Assembly: GCA_963737655.1 (NCBI GenBank)
Contig: CAVTTN010000002.1
Location: 4,704,001 to 4,768,000 of the forward strand
Reading direction: 5' to 3'
Length of the DNA stretch: 64,000 nucleotides
Source: an uncultured Planctomycetota bacterium
GTDB taxonomy: Bacteria > Planctomycetota > Planctomycetia > Isosphaerales > Isosphaeraceae
The notes under the pieces: generated by a model
Told to the model about the DNA's origin: nothing
The model's input: only the letters and a program-made list of their open reading frames with translations
Databases searched by the model: none
Translations under genes and position numbers: made by a program
Part shown: one piece after another, positions 51,146 to 60,389 of the stretch
Position numbering within the stretch: the stretch's first letter is position 1
Layout of the letters: each line of letters opens with the position of its first letter

Positions 51146-51906
51146 GTGTCGTCCTTGTCCGTCAGTCTTGTGGGCCTCGCCGCCATGGCCGGAGGCGCCG
51201 GAGTCGGCGTCATTCTTCGACGATTCTTGCCGGGGCATCATCTTCGCGACGATTCCAAGGAGGTCCTCAAGACGGTGGCCGGGATGCTGGCCACGTTGAT
51301 CGCCCTGGTCATCGGCCTCCTCGTGAGCGCGGCGAAGGACACGTTCGACGCGGCCGGCGCGGCCGTGACCGGCGGGGGCGCGAAGATCATCATGGTCGAT
51401 CGCCTCCTGAAGCGGTTCGGGCCGAGGCCCAGGGCGCCCGCGATCGGCTCCGCCAGACCGTGGCCGCCGGGCTCGAGCGGTTCTCGACGACCGAACACGG
51501 CGCCGAATCGGCCGTGAGGGGCGCGGAGACCGCCACCGGCATGGAGGACTTCTTCGACGATGTCCGCGCCCTCGCGCCGAAGGACGACGCCCAGCGCTAC
51601 CTCCAGGGCCAGGCCGTCCAGATCGCCTCGGATCTCGCGCAATCGCGGTGGATGCTGATCGAGCAATCGCAGAACTCGCTGCCGACGATGTTCCTGGTCG
51701 TCCTGATCGCCTGGCTGACGGTCCTCTTCATCGCCTTCGGCCTCCTGACGCCACCCAACCCCACGGCCATTTTCTCGCTGCTGATCTGCGGGATCTCGAT
51801 CGCCGTCGCCATCTTCCTGATCCTGGAGCTGAACCGGCCCCTGGAAGGCTCGATCCGGGTCTCCCGGGCCCCTCTCCAGAAGGCCCTGGCCCTGATCGGC
51901 CGATGA
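51146..51906 (+). CDS. DUF4239/bestrophin-like membrane protein, frameshift near 51425
   Basis: LPGHHLRDDSKEV...ATLIALVIGLLVSAAK; AIFLILELNRPLEG.IRVS. Confidence 0.8.
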
Positions 51907-51993
51907 GGCGAAGATGGGGCCGTGCGTTCGCGGTCCCGGACCCGGACCCGGACCCGGACCCGCCCCCTCCCGTCCCGAATGGGCCTTCTCGCG

Positions 51994-53562
51994 ATGAGCG
52001 TTGACGCCTCGATCCCCGCCCGCCTGCGGATGGACGCGATCACCAAGAGCTTCGGGGGCGTCCACGCCCTCCGGGGCGTCTCCCTGGAGGCCCGGGCCGG
52101 CGAGGTCCACGCCCTCTGCGGCGAGAACGGGGCGGGCAAGTCCACCCTGATGAAGATCCTCGCCGGCGCCATCGCCGATTACGACGGGCAAATCGTCGTC
52201 GAGGGCCGCCCCGCCCGGTTCTCCGGCCCTCGCGACGCCGAAGACCTCGGCATCCGCATCATCTATCAAGAACTGAACCTGGTCCCCGACCTGACCGTCG
52301 CCGCCAACATCTTCCTCGGCCGGGAGCTCCGAAGGCCGCTCGGCTTGCTGGACAATCGCGCGATGGAGGCCCGCTCGCGGGAGCTCTTCGAGCGCCTCGG
52401 GACGCCGATCCGCCCCCGGGCCCGGGTCGGAGACCTCCGGATCGGCGATCAGCAGATGGTCGAGATCGCCAAGGCCCTGATGTTCTCGGCCTCGATCCTG
52501 ATCATGGACGAGCCCACCTCCGCCCTGTCCGACGCCGAGGTCGCCCGCCTCTTCCGGGTGATCGCCGACTTGCGCAAGGCCGGGACGACGATTCTTTACA
52601 TCTCCCACAAGATGAACGAGGTGTTCACCCTGGCCGACTCGGTCACGGTCCTCCGCGACGGCCGGTTCGTGGCCTCGGCCAGCCGAGAGGAGACCGACCC
52701 CGGCCAGGTCGTCCGCTGGATGGTCGGCCGGGAGATCGCCGCGCTGCACTTCGAGCCGAAGGTCGTCGAGGGCGAACCGCGGCTCCACGTCGAGAACCTC
52801 GGCCTCGCCAGCCCGGCCGACAGCGGGCGGCCCAACCTCTCGGGGATCACGTTCGACCTCCACCCGGGCGAGATCCTCGGCGTGGCGGGCCTGCTGGGCG
52901 CCGGCAGGACCGAGCTCCTGGAAGGGCTGTTCGGGGCCTCGGGATCGGTCCCCTCCGGCACGATCACGCTCGACGGCCAGCCCGCCCGGTTCCGCTCGCC
53001 GGGCCAGGCGATCGCCTCCGGCGTGGCCCTGGTCACGGAGGACCGCAAGAACCTCGGCCTCTTCGACAGGATGACGGTGGGCGAAAATATCTCGCTCTGC
53101 CGCCTCTCGGAGATGACGGCCGCGGGCCTCGTCAGCGGCCGGGCCGAGCGATCGGCCGTGAAGGAGCAAATCGGCAACCTCGCGATCAAGACCGCCGGGG
53201 CCGGGGCCCCGATCCTCAGCCTCTCGGGGGGCAACCAGCAGAAATGCATCCTCGGCCGATGGCTCCTGACCGAGCCCAGGCTCCTCCTGCTCGACGAACC
53301 GACCCGGGGCATCGACGTCGGGGCCAAGGCCGAGATCTACGCCCTGATGAAGAGGCTGGCCGATCAGGGAATGTCCATCCTCGTGACCTCCAGCGAGCTC
53401 CCCGAGCTCCTCGCCGTCTGCGACCGGATCCTCGTCCTCTGCGAGGGCCGCCTGACGGCCGACCTGCCCCGGTCCGAGGCCACCGAGGAAGCGATCATGC
53501 ACGCCGCAACCCAATTCCTCGACCGCTCGGCCGCAAGCCCCGACGCCGAGAACGCGGCCTGA
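51994..53562 (+). CDS. Monosaccharide ABC transporter ATP-binding protein (RbsA/XylG type)
   Basis: GENGAGKST, MDEPT, LSGGNQQK, LDEPTRGIDVGAK. Confidence 0.93.
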   Translation: MSVDASIPARLRMDAITKSFGGVHALRGVSLEARAGEVHALCGENGAGKSTLMKILAGAIADYDGQIVVEGRPARFSGPRDAEDLGIRIIYQELNLVPDLTVAANIFLGRELRRPLGLLDNRAMEARSRELFERLGTPIRPRARVGDLRIGDQQMVEIAKALMFSASILIMDEPTSALSDAEVARLFRVIADLRKAGTTILYISHKMNEVFTLADSVTVLRDGRFVASASREETDPGQVVRWMVGREIAALHFEPKVVEGEPRLHVENLGLASPADSGRPNLSGITFDLHPGEILGVAGLLGAGRTELLEGLFGASGSVPSGTITLDGQPARFRSPGQAIASGVALVTEDRKNLGLFDRMTVGENISLCRLSEMTAAGLVSGRAERSAVKEQIGNLAIKTAGAGAPILSLSGGNQQKCILGRWLLTEPRLLLLDEPTRGIDVGAKAEIYALMKRLADQGMSILVTSSELPELLAVCDRILVLCEGRLTADLPRSEATEEAIMHAATQFLDRSAASPDAENAA

Positions 53563-53762
53563 CCGGATCGGCCGGAATCCGCGAGAATCAGAGGCCGGTA
53601 ATTCGCCCTGGGCAAGAGGGTGAACGAACGGTAGGCCGAGGGCTGCGTCCCCCGCGCTCAATCCGAGAGTGATCCGCCGGAGGCGAACCGTCTTGACTTC
53701 CCCGCCCGTTCGCCCCATCATGGGACAACTGTCCGAGTCTCTCCCGACGGGGCCCGAGTCTC

Positions 53763-54668
53763 ATGAGTCGTCGCGGGTTTACCTTGATCGAGCTGCTTGT
53801 GGTCGTGTCGATCATTCTGGTCTCGATCGCGATGCTCTTGCCGGCGATCGAGGGGGCGAAGGGGGCGGCTCGGCGGGCGAGCTGCCAGAATAATTTGAAG
53901 CAGGTCTCCCTGGCGTTGCTGATCTATCATCACGACGCCGAGGTTTTTCCTCCGGGGTTCGTCGATCACGGCCGGACCCGGGATGGGCGGCCCTCGCCGG
54001 GTTGGGGCTGGATGGCCGTCTTGCTGCCGAATATGGAGCAAGCCTCGCTTTCGAGGATGATCGACCTGGAAGCCCCGGTCGAGAGCGCCGACTTCAAGAC
54101 CGCCCGGATCGCCACGATCTCGACCTTGCTTTGCTCGGAGGACTTCCGCGTCCGGGAGAACGTCTTCATCGACACCCCCGGGCGGACCGGCCTGGAACTG
54201 TGCGAGGCGGCGCCGAGCAGCTATGTCGGGTCGTTCGGCACCGGCGACCCCGAGGCGGACCCGTCGCTCGGCGACGGGGTGTTCTTTCGCAACAGCCGGA
54301 TCGGCCTGGATGCCCTGCTGGATGGGTCGAGCACGACGATTCTGGTGGGCGAGCGTTCGAAGGGGGCCGGTCCGGCGATCTGGGCCGGGGTGATCCCGGG
54401 GCAGCTCTCGCCGCCCAAAGGGTTCGCGCCCCCGGCCGTGCGAATCCCGACGGGCCCGGGGCTGGTCCTCGGCTCGACGTTGGGCGACCCCGGGCCGAAC
54501 GCCTCGCCGCCCCGGCGGGCCGGTTTCTCCAGCCGTCACGACGGCGGCGCCCACTTCGCCTTCGGCGACGGCGGCGTGCGGTTCGTGACCGACGGCATCG
54601 GCCGGGAGGTCTACCGGGCCCTGAGCACCCGCCGGGGCGGGGAGATCGTCCCCGGCGAGGTGGAGTGA
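53763..54668 (+). CDS. DUF1559 prepilin-type N-terminal cleavage/methylation protein
   Basis: GFTLIELLVV, ARRASCQNNLKQ, H-X9-DG motif HDGGAHFAFGDG. Confidence 0.92.
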   Translation: MSRRGFTLIELLVVVSIILVSIAMLLPAIEGAKGAARRASCQNNLKQVSLALLIYHHDAEVFPPGFVDHGRTRDGRPSPGWGWMAVLLPNMEQASLSRMIDLEAPVESADFKTARIATISTLLCSEDFRVRENVFIDTPGRTGLELCEAAPSSYVGSFGTGDPEADPSLGDGVFFRNSRIGLDALLDGSSTTILVGERSKGAGPAIWAGVIPGQLSPPKGFAPPAVRIPTGPGLVLGSTLGDPGPNASPPRRAGFSSRHDGGAHFAFGDGGVRFVTDGIGREVYRALSTRRGGEIVPGEVE

Positions 54669-54704
54669 GCGGGCCGCCGTGCTCGGGTGGCATGATTACG
54701 AAGA

Positions 54705-54749
54705 CGTAAGCATGTTTTTGATTGTGCCCTGACTAAAGACATGCTTACG
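54705..54749. repeat. AT-rich imperfect hairpin next to the MITE
   Basis: CGTAAGCATGT...ACATGCTTACG (11-bp perfect arms). Confidence 0.65.
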
Positions 54750-54753
54750 CAGC

Positions 54754-54900
54754 TGTCACGCGACACGAAGTTATACCCCCTGAATTGTTCGACAATTTCA
54801 AGGGCCTTCGGACGCAACCGACGATTTTTCAAGCGTTTATACGAAGAAACGCCTGAAAATACAATCGCGGCGCGGGGGTATAACTTCGTGTCGCGTGACA
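54754..54900. mobile_element. 147-bp miniature inverted-repeat transposable element (MITE)
   Basis: Perfect 27-bp TIRs TGTCACGCGACACGAAGTTATACCCCC; CAGC direct repeat on both flanks; low GC. Confidence 0.8.
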
Positions 54901-54934
54901 CAGCCGTCAGCATGCCACCCGGCTTGGAGGGAAT

Positions 54935-55786
54935 TCATGGCCGGGATTTGCGGACCGGGGGCGACCAGGGGGCCATGTCGGCCTGGTGGATCGCGCCGGA
55001 CTCGTCGTCCTGGGCCATCGCCACGACCTGGATCCGCGACGGGTCGCCGCCCCGGGGCAGCTCGACCGGGACGCGGACGGTCGTCTTGCCGTCGGCCTGG
55101 AGCGTGGTGGGGCGGATCTCCAGAGATCGGGCGGTAAACCTCGCGGCGTAGGTCTTTCCGGCGAGCTCGCCGGAGCCGACCTTCGTCGAGATCCCGTCCT
55201 GGACGACCAGGACCTCCACCAGAACGTCGTGCCCCTTCATCTCCTCGAACCGGGGCGAGAGCGTGACGACCGCCTCCCGGGATCGGTCCTTCGGCTCGCC
55301 CGAGAGGGTCAGGGCCAGGTCGACCTGGACGGGGACGGCCCGGGCCTTGCGGATGGCGTCCTTCGCCTTGGGCAGGGCCCGGGTGCCGGCCTTCGCGTCG
55401 TCGGTGCCGAGCATCGGGGCGCGGCCATCGACCATCAGGAGGGGGGTCAGGTAGAGGTAGCTCGGGTTGTTCAGGCCGTTCTCGCGGTCGTAGATCCGGC
55501 TGTAGCGCATCTCGCGCTCGCTGAACCTCGGGTCGGAGAACGGGTCGTGCCAGGGGTTATTGAAGTAATCCACATGAAAGGCGATCGGGATGATGGACTC
55601 GCCCTCGGCCAGGGCGCCGAGGGCCTTCTCGGCGGAGGGGCACATGTCGCATCCCTGGGAGGAGAAGAGTTCGACCACGACCTTCCGCTTCGCCGGGGGG
55701 CCGTCGGCCGAATGGGCGGGGATCGCGCCGGCGCCGGCGAGGGCGAGGCCGAAGACGAGGGCGGCGAGCGAGCGTTGGCGCGTCAT
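54935..55786 (-). CDS. DUF1223 thioredoxin-like exported protein
   Basis: Signal peptide; VVVELFSSQGCDMCP, AFHVDYF...W.DPFS, TP..VDG. Confidence 0.88.
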   Translation of the reverse strand: MTRQRSLAALVFGLALAGAGAIPAHSADGPPAKRKVVVELFSSQGCDMCPSAEKALGALAEGESIIPIAFHVDYFNNPWHDPFSDPRFSEREMRYSRIYDRENGLNNPSYLYLTPLLMVDGRAPMLGTDDAKAGTRALPKAKDAIRKARAVPVQVDLALTLSGEPKDRSREAVVTLSPRFEEMKGHDVLVEVLVVQDGISTKVGSGELAGKTYAARFTARSLEIRPTTLQADGKTTVRVPVELPRGGDPSRIQVVAMAQDDESGAIHQADMAPWSPPVRKSRP

Positions 55787-56037
55787 ATGCACTATCCTCT
55801 TCGCATGGTGTTCGGGGCACCCGCCCTGGAAGTCCCGGAGGATCGCCGAGGGGGTCGTGGGAGGGGTGACATCCTCCGCCCTGCCTGGCCGTACCTAGAT
55901 TAGTCGTTCCGGATCCGCCAGCGATTCGAAAGAAAATCGCGGGCCGCCCCCAACACCCTCGAGAGGACCGGCGACCGCCCGGCCCGGGCCGGGTTCGCGC
56001 TTCCGGCCGCCGGCCCGTCGGATAGAGACGTTTCCCC

Positions 56038-57249
56038 ATGATCGCCCCCGTCGCCGAATGTCCCCGGATCTGGCACCACCGCGACGACCCGGGCCTGCGA
56101 GCCCGGGAGAAGGCGTTGCTGGAGGCCCTGGGCGCTGAGGTCTCGGTCCTGGGCCAGATCGAGGATTTCGCCCGGGAGCTGGACGACCCCGGGGCCGACC
56201 TCGCCCTGGTCGAGGCCGACGGGCCGGCGCAGCCCCTGGCCCGGCTCCTGGAAGCCCTGGAGCGACTCGAAACGGCGACGGGCGACGAGCTTCCGTTGAT
56301 CGTCGTGGCCCGCGCCCAGGACGTCCCGAGGCTGTCCCGGAGGATGGCGGCGCGGTCCCACGCCGTCCTCCTGGCCGATCCGTTCGAGGCGGCCGAGCTC
56401 GTCTCGGCGGTCCGCTCGGCCCTGGCGCTGCGGGCCCGCCAGAGGGACCTCAAGATCCTCACGAACCGCCTCCGCCAGGCCGACGAGGAGCTCGACCGGC
56501 TCCGCCGAGAGGCCCAGGCCGAGGCCCGCCGACGGACGCAGTTCCTCGCCGCCGTGAGCCACGACCTGCGCACCCCGATCCACGAAATCAGCCTGGCTTG
56601 CGAGGTCGTCCAGGCCGCCGCCACCGATCCCCCGCTGCCCATCGACTGGGGCCGGCTGACCGAGGGCCTCCTGAACGGCGTCCGGACCCTCCGCGAGCTG
56701 GTCGAGGACCTCTTCGACATGGCCCGGCTGGACCTCGGCACCCTGGAGCTCCGCGAGGCCGCCTTCCCCCTCGAAATGTTCCTCGCCGCCGTGCTCGCGC
56801 CGGCCAGGGCCGAGGCGGAGGCCCGCAACCTGGCCTTCGTCGTCGAGAACCAGCGGCCCGGGGCGATCCTCAGGACCGATCCCGACCGGCTCGCCCGGGT
56901 GATGCGTAACCTGACGTCCAACGCGGTGAAGTTCACGGCGCGAGGCGAGATCCGCGTGGTCGTCCGCGAGGCGCCGGTGCTGGGCCTGGAGGTCTCGGTC
57001 ATCGATACCGGACGGGGGATCGCCCCGGAGGCCCTCGGCACGATCTTCGACGAGTTCGCCCAGCTTCACAACCCCGAGCGCGACCGGGCCAAGGGATCGG
57101 GCCTGGGCCTGGCGATCTCGCGGAGGCTGATCGAGAGCCTCGGCGGCTCGATCGAGGTCCGCAGCGCCCCGGGCCTGGGCAGCACCTTCACCATGACCGT
57201 CCCGGGGGTCGTGGTGGCGGACCGGACCGACCCGACCGTCGGGGGCTAG
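56038..57249 (+). CDS. Sensor histidine kinase with degenerate receiver-like N-terminus
   Basis: SHDLRTP, NLTSNAVKFT, DTGRGI, GSGLGLAIS, GLGSTF. Confidence 0.9.
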   Translation: MIAPVAECPRIWHHRDDPGLRAREKALLEALGAEVSVLGQIEDFARELDDPGADLALVEADGPAQPLARLLEALERLETATGDELPLIVVARAQDVPRLSRRMAARSHAVLLADPFEAAELVSAVRSALALRARQRDLKILTNRLRQADEELDRLRREAQAEARRRTQFLAAVSHDLRTPIHEISLACEVVQAAATDPPLPIDWGRLTEGLLNGVRTLRELVEDLFDMARLDLGTLELREAAFPLEMFLAAVLAPARAEAEARNLAFVVENQRPGAILRTDPDRLARVMRNLTSNAVKFTARGEIRVVVREAPVLGLEVSVIDTGRGIAPEALGTIFDEFAQLHNPERDRAKGSGLGLAISRRLIESLGGSIEVRSAPGLGSTFTMTVPGVVVADRTDPTVGG

Positions 57250-58538
57250 GGCTTGGCCTTCTCCTCCGGCTGGACCGAGATCGAGACCCGGCCGTCGGGC
57301 TTCAGCGGGATCGTGGCGTTCTTCTCGGCGACGCGGTAGCCCGGGAGGTCCAGGCGGAACGGCACGCTCCGCCCGCTCCAGGCGGCCGGGACGTTGGCCA
57401 CGGAGGCGAACCCCTTGATCACCGGGACCACCTTCGGCTCGTCGAGCTGGAGCGTCACCGAACCATCGGCCTGGACCACCGCGTTCTGGTCGTCCCCCAG
57501 GTGGAAGTAGATCGAGCCGTTGAACGCACCGGCGTTGTGGCGGCCGAGCTCGTCGGACCTCCGGACCACGACCCGATCGGTCGAATCCGGCGAGAGATCG
57601 AGCTGCTGCCCCTTCTCGGCGAGCTCGTAGCCGGGCAGGTCGAGCGTGAAGTTCACCTTCCGGCCCTTCAGGGCGATCGGCAGCCGGGCGACCGAGGCGT
57701 AGCCCTGGACGATCGGCACCGACTTGGGCTCGTCCAGCTGGAGGGTCACCGAGCCGTCGGCCGGGACCTTGTCATTCGGCGAGCCCGGGGAGTGGAAGTA
57801 GATGCCGGTCGTGAACGTCGGCTGGTCGGTCGAGATCGTCCCCTGAAAGATCAGGCCGATGATGAACACCGACGCCCACAACGCCGCCGCGCCTCCGAAC
57901 TTGACGTTCATGCCGAACGGGGACCCGCTGAAGCTCGCGTAGGTGTCGAAGAGCTTGAACAAGACCACCGCCGGGACCAACGCCACCAGGGCCAGCGCCG
58001 CGACCACGAAGACGCCCGAGGCATACCGAGGCAGCAGAAACGCGGACACCCCGTACAGGACCAGGGCCAGCAGAGCCAGGAACGACAGGCCGAAGACCCC
58101 CCCGAGGTTGCGGTTCTCCAGGGGGTTGGGCATGGCCTTCTCGGCCTGGACCTTCTCCCGGAACTCCTCGACCGAGTTGGACTTCGAGGCGAGGTCCGAG
58201 AGGTGCCTCATCAGCTCGACGATGCGGGCCGGATTGTCCTTGGGCAGCGGCAGGGTGAAGTGCTTCTTGCCCGGCCCCTCGATCCAAAGGCACGGCAGGT
58301 CGGTCCGCTGGAGGCCCGGGTAGCGAGACGATTCCACGGCCTTGTAGATGTCATCGACGTCCCCCTTGAGCACCGTCTCGGGGAGGATCACCGGCAGGGC
58401 GGCGCCGGTCATCGCGTTGAGCGCCTTGAGGTTGTCGCGGAAGTATTCGAAGACGACCGGCTCTTCGGGCGTGTAGAGCGGGATCGCCTGGAAGTGCTCG
58501 ACCTTCTTCTTCGCCGGGATCTTGGCCTTGGCGTTCAT
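57246..58538 (-). CDS. Hypothetical membrane protein: soluble N-domain, 3 TM helices, two tandem ~85-aa repeats
   Basis: Duplicated IYFH...ADGSVTLQLDEPK.VP...G.ASVA...F.LDLPGY..AEK; strong GC3 bias. Confidence 0.8.
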   Translation of the reverse strand: MNAKAKIPAKKKVEHFQAIPLYTPEEPVVFEYFRDNLKALNAMTGAALPVILPETVLKGDVDDIYKAVESSRYPGLQRTDLPCLWIEGPGKKHFTLPLPKDNPARIVELMRHLSDLASKSNSVEEFREKVQAEKAMPNPLENRNLGGVFGLSFLALLALVLYGVSAFLLPRYASGVFVVAALALVALVPAVVLFKLFDTYASFSGSPFGMNVKFGGAAALWASVFIIGLIFQGTISTDQPTFTTGIYFHSPGSPNDKVPADGSVTLQLDEPKSVPIVQGYASVARLPIALKGRKVNFTLDLPGYELAEKGQQLDLSPDSTDRVVVRRSDELGRHNAGAFNGSIYFHLGDDQNAVVQADGSVTLQLDEPKVVPVIKGFASVANVPAAWSGRSVPFRLDLPGYRVAEKNATIPLKPDGRVSISVQPEEKAKP

Positions 58539-59053
58539 CGGCTGCACGCCTCCCACGCGTCCTTCAACTCCTCGGGCGTCGCCTTGCGGTCGTCGGGCAG
58601 ATGGCCCGCCATGCAGTCCGGGGACGGGACGTTGTTGACCCCGCCGCCGACCAGGACCGTATAGGCGATGTGATGAAGCAGCCGGTGCCGCCAGAGGGGC
58701 GGGTGGGCCGCCCCGGGGAAGAGGTTGCGGGAGACCTCCGCGGCCAGATCGACCAACCGGCCTCCCAGGTCGGTCAGGGGGGAGGCGGACCTCAGCCCCA
58801 CTCGCCCCAGGGCGTCGGCCGTCGAGTGGCCGGCGGCGATCTCCGAGGCCACGGCGCCGGCGGCGGCCTCGATCAGGAGGTGGGTCGCCTCGGTCGGCGG
58901 CCCCTCGGAGGACCGGGCCCGGTCGAACTCGTCCAGGATCGCCTCGACCCGGGCCGGAGGCAACCGCAAGAGCCAGTCGCCTCGACCGACGGGGGCCTCG
59001 CTCTCGCGGCCCGGTCCGGACGACCATTCCGGGAGGGTGCCAAACGACGACAT
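58535..59053 (-). CDS. Hypothetical protein, translationally coupled to the downstream gene
   Basis: ATGA overlap at 58535-58538; helical composition; start codon uncertain. Confidence 0.6.
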   Translation of the reverse strand: MSSFGTLPEWSSGPGRESEAPVGRGDWLLRLPPARVEAILDEFDRARSSEGPPTEATHLLIEAAAGAVASEIAAGHSTADALGRVGLRSASPLTDLGGRLVDLAAEVSRNLFPGAAHPPLWRHRLLHHIAYTVLVGGGVNNVPSPDCMAGHLPDDRKATPEELKDAWEACSR

Positions 59054-59341
59054 GGGCGGCTCCGAAGGAGAGGAACGGGCCCGACGAGCCGGGCAAGCCC
59101 GGATCGGGCGTCGCCGGATGGCCCCACGAGCCGAACTCGCCCGGTTCGGAGGGGAGGTCGCGGGGCCGGCGAGCATCGAGGCGCCGTGATCCCATTGAAA
59201 TTCCGCGCCGGGGCCGAGTCCAGTAAAAAATGGCGAGATCACGGCCGGATTTCGGCCGCCATCGTCCCGACCCCTCAGCGATCCTCGCCCAGGGCAAGGC
59301 CGGATCCTCCTCCCGGGCCACGTCGCCGGAAGTGTCCCGGA

Positions 59342-59410
59342 TGGCACGGGTTCGGTCCTCGGAACCCGGCGGGACGGCCCACGGCTTCCGAGGACGGAAC
59401 TCATTCCAAC
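59342..59410. repeat. REP family E, copy 3 (reverse orientation, degenerate)
   Basis: TGGCACGGGTTCGGTCCTCGGAACCCG...GGACGGCCCACGG matches the reverse complement of 34449-34517. Confidence 0.75.
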
Positions 59411-59549
59411 CGAAGGCTTTCCGAAGAATCCTCGTCCGGACGAGGAAACGGCCCTATCGCCAGAGGGCTTGCCGGGAGCCGTCCGGGTCGGCAAAGTGGA
59501 GGCGCGTCGGGGCGGGCCCCGACCCGGGGCGAGGCGGGCGGGGGCGGGA

Positions 59550-60332
59550 TTGGCCGATCGATTCATCGCACAGTTCGGCTACCTCGGGATCGTCCTGGTC
59601 CTGATCCTCGGCGGGCTCGGCCTTCCCGTGCCCGAGGAGGCGCCGATCCTCGTCGGTGCCATCCTCTCCCGCCAGGGCAAGATGTTCTGGCCCCTGGCGC
59701 TGGCCTCGTGCTTCGCCGGGGTCCTGATCGGCGATTTCGTCGTCTATGCCCTGGGCTACTTCCAGGGCGAGAACGTCCTGAAATTCCCCATCACCCGCCG
59801 CTTCCTGACCCGCGAGCGTGAGGCCCAGATCAAGGGCTATTTCCACCGTCACGGCATCCGCATCCTGATCACCGGCCGGTTCGTCCCCGGGTTCCGGACC
59901 GCCGCCTACCTGACCGCCGGAATCCTCCGCCTGCCCCCCCTCAAACTCTTCCTGGCCGACCTCTGCGCCGCCTCGATGAGCACGTTGTTGATGTTCGGTC
60001 TCGGTTACTACTTCACCCATTACATCGAAACCGGCTGGAAGAGGACGCAGGGCTATCTCGTGGTGGGCGCGGGGGTTGCGGTGGCCGTCTACTTCATCCA
60101 CCGGCACTACAAGGCGCAGAGGAGAGGAGGCTTGCCGGTCGGCCCGCCCGTCCCCGTGACCGACGAGGTCCCCGTCCCCGTCGATGACCTCCGCTCGGGG
60201 ATCCTCAAGCTCGAAAAGGTGACGCCCCCGCCCGAACCCGAACCCGAGCCTGAGCCCGCCCCGCCCGAATGCCCCATCATCCAGGCCGACACCGTCTCCA
60301 TCGCCGAACCACCTCAACCCTCGGGTGCATGA
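59550..60332 (+). CDS. DedA family membrane protein
   Basis: GLPVPEE, GDFVVYALG, GRFVPGFR; start codon uncertain. Confidence 0.9.
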   Translation: MADRFIAQFGYLGIVLVLILGGLGLPVPEEAPILVGAILSRQGKMFWPLALASCFAGVLIGDFVVYALGYFQGENVLKFPITRRFLTREREAQIKGYFHRHGIRILITGRFVPGFRTAAYLTAGILRLPPLKLFLADLCAASMSTLLMFGLGYYFTHYIETGWKRTQGYLVVGAGVAVAVYFIHRHYKAQRRGGLPVGPPVPVTDEVPVPVDDLRSGILKLEKVTPPPEPEPEPEPAPPECPIIQADTVSIAEPPQPSGA

Positions 60333-60389
60333 CCGGCACCAAGCCCGGGGCGGCCATCGGCCACCCACAAACTCTTCAAGTCACCGCCC

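Noticed and set aside
54764..54889. loxP-like sequence: ATAACTTCGT and ACGAAGTTAT match 10 of 13 bp of the Cre-binding arm
   Set aside because: The arms are in the wrong order and ~100 bp apart with no 8-bp spacer. Joining the element ends gives a 22-bp gap rather than loxP's 14 bp. They are better explained as part of the MITE TIRs.
54611..55151. ORFs spanning the MITE (54611-54913-, 54741-55151+) with mirrored peptides
   Set aside because: The mirrored peptides are a by-product of the TIRs; no transposase motifs and atypical codon usage.
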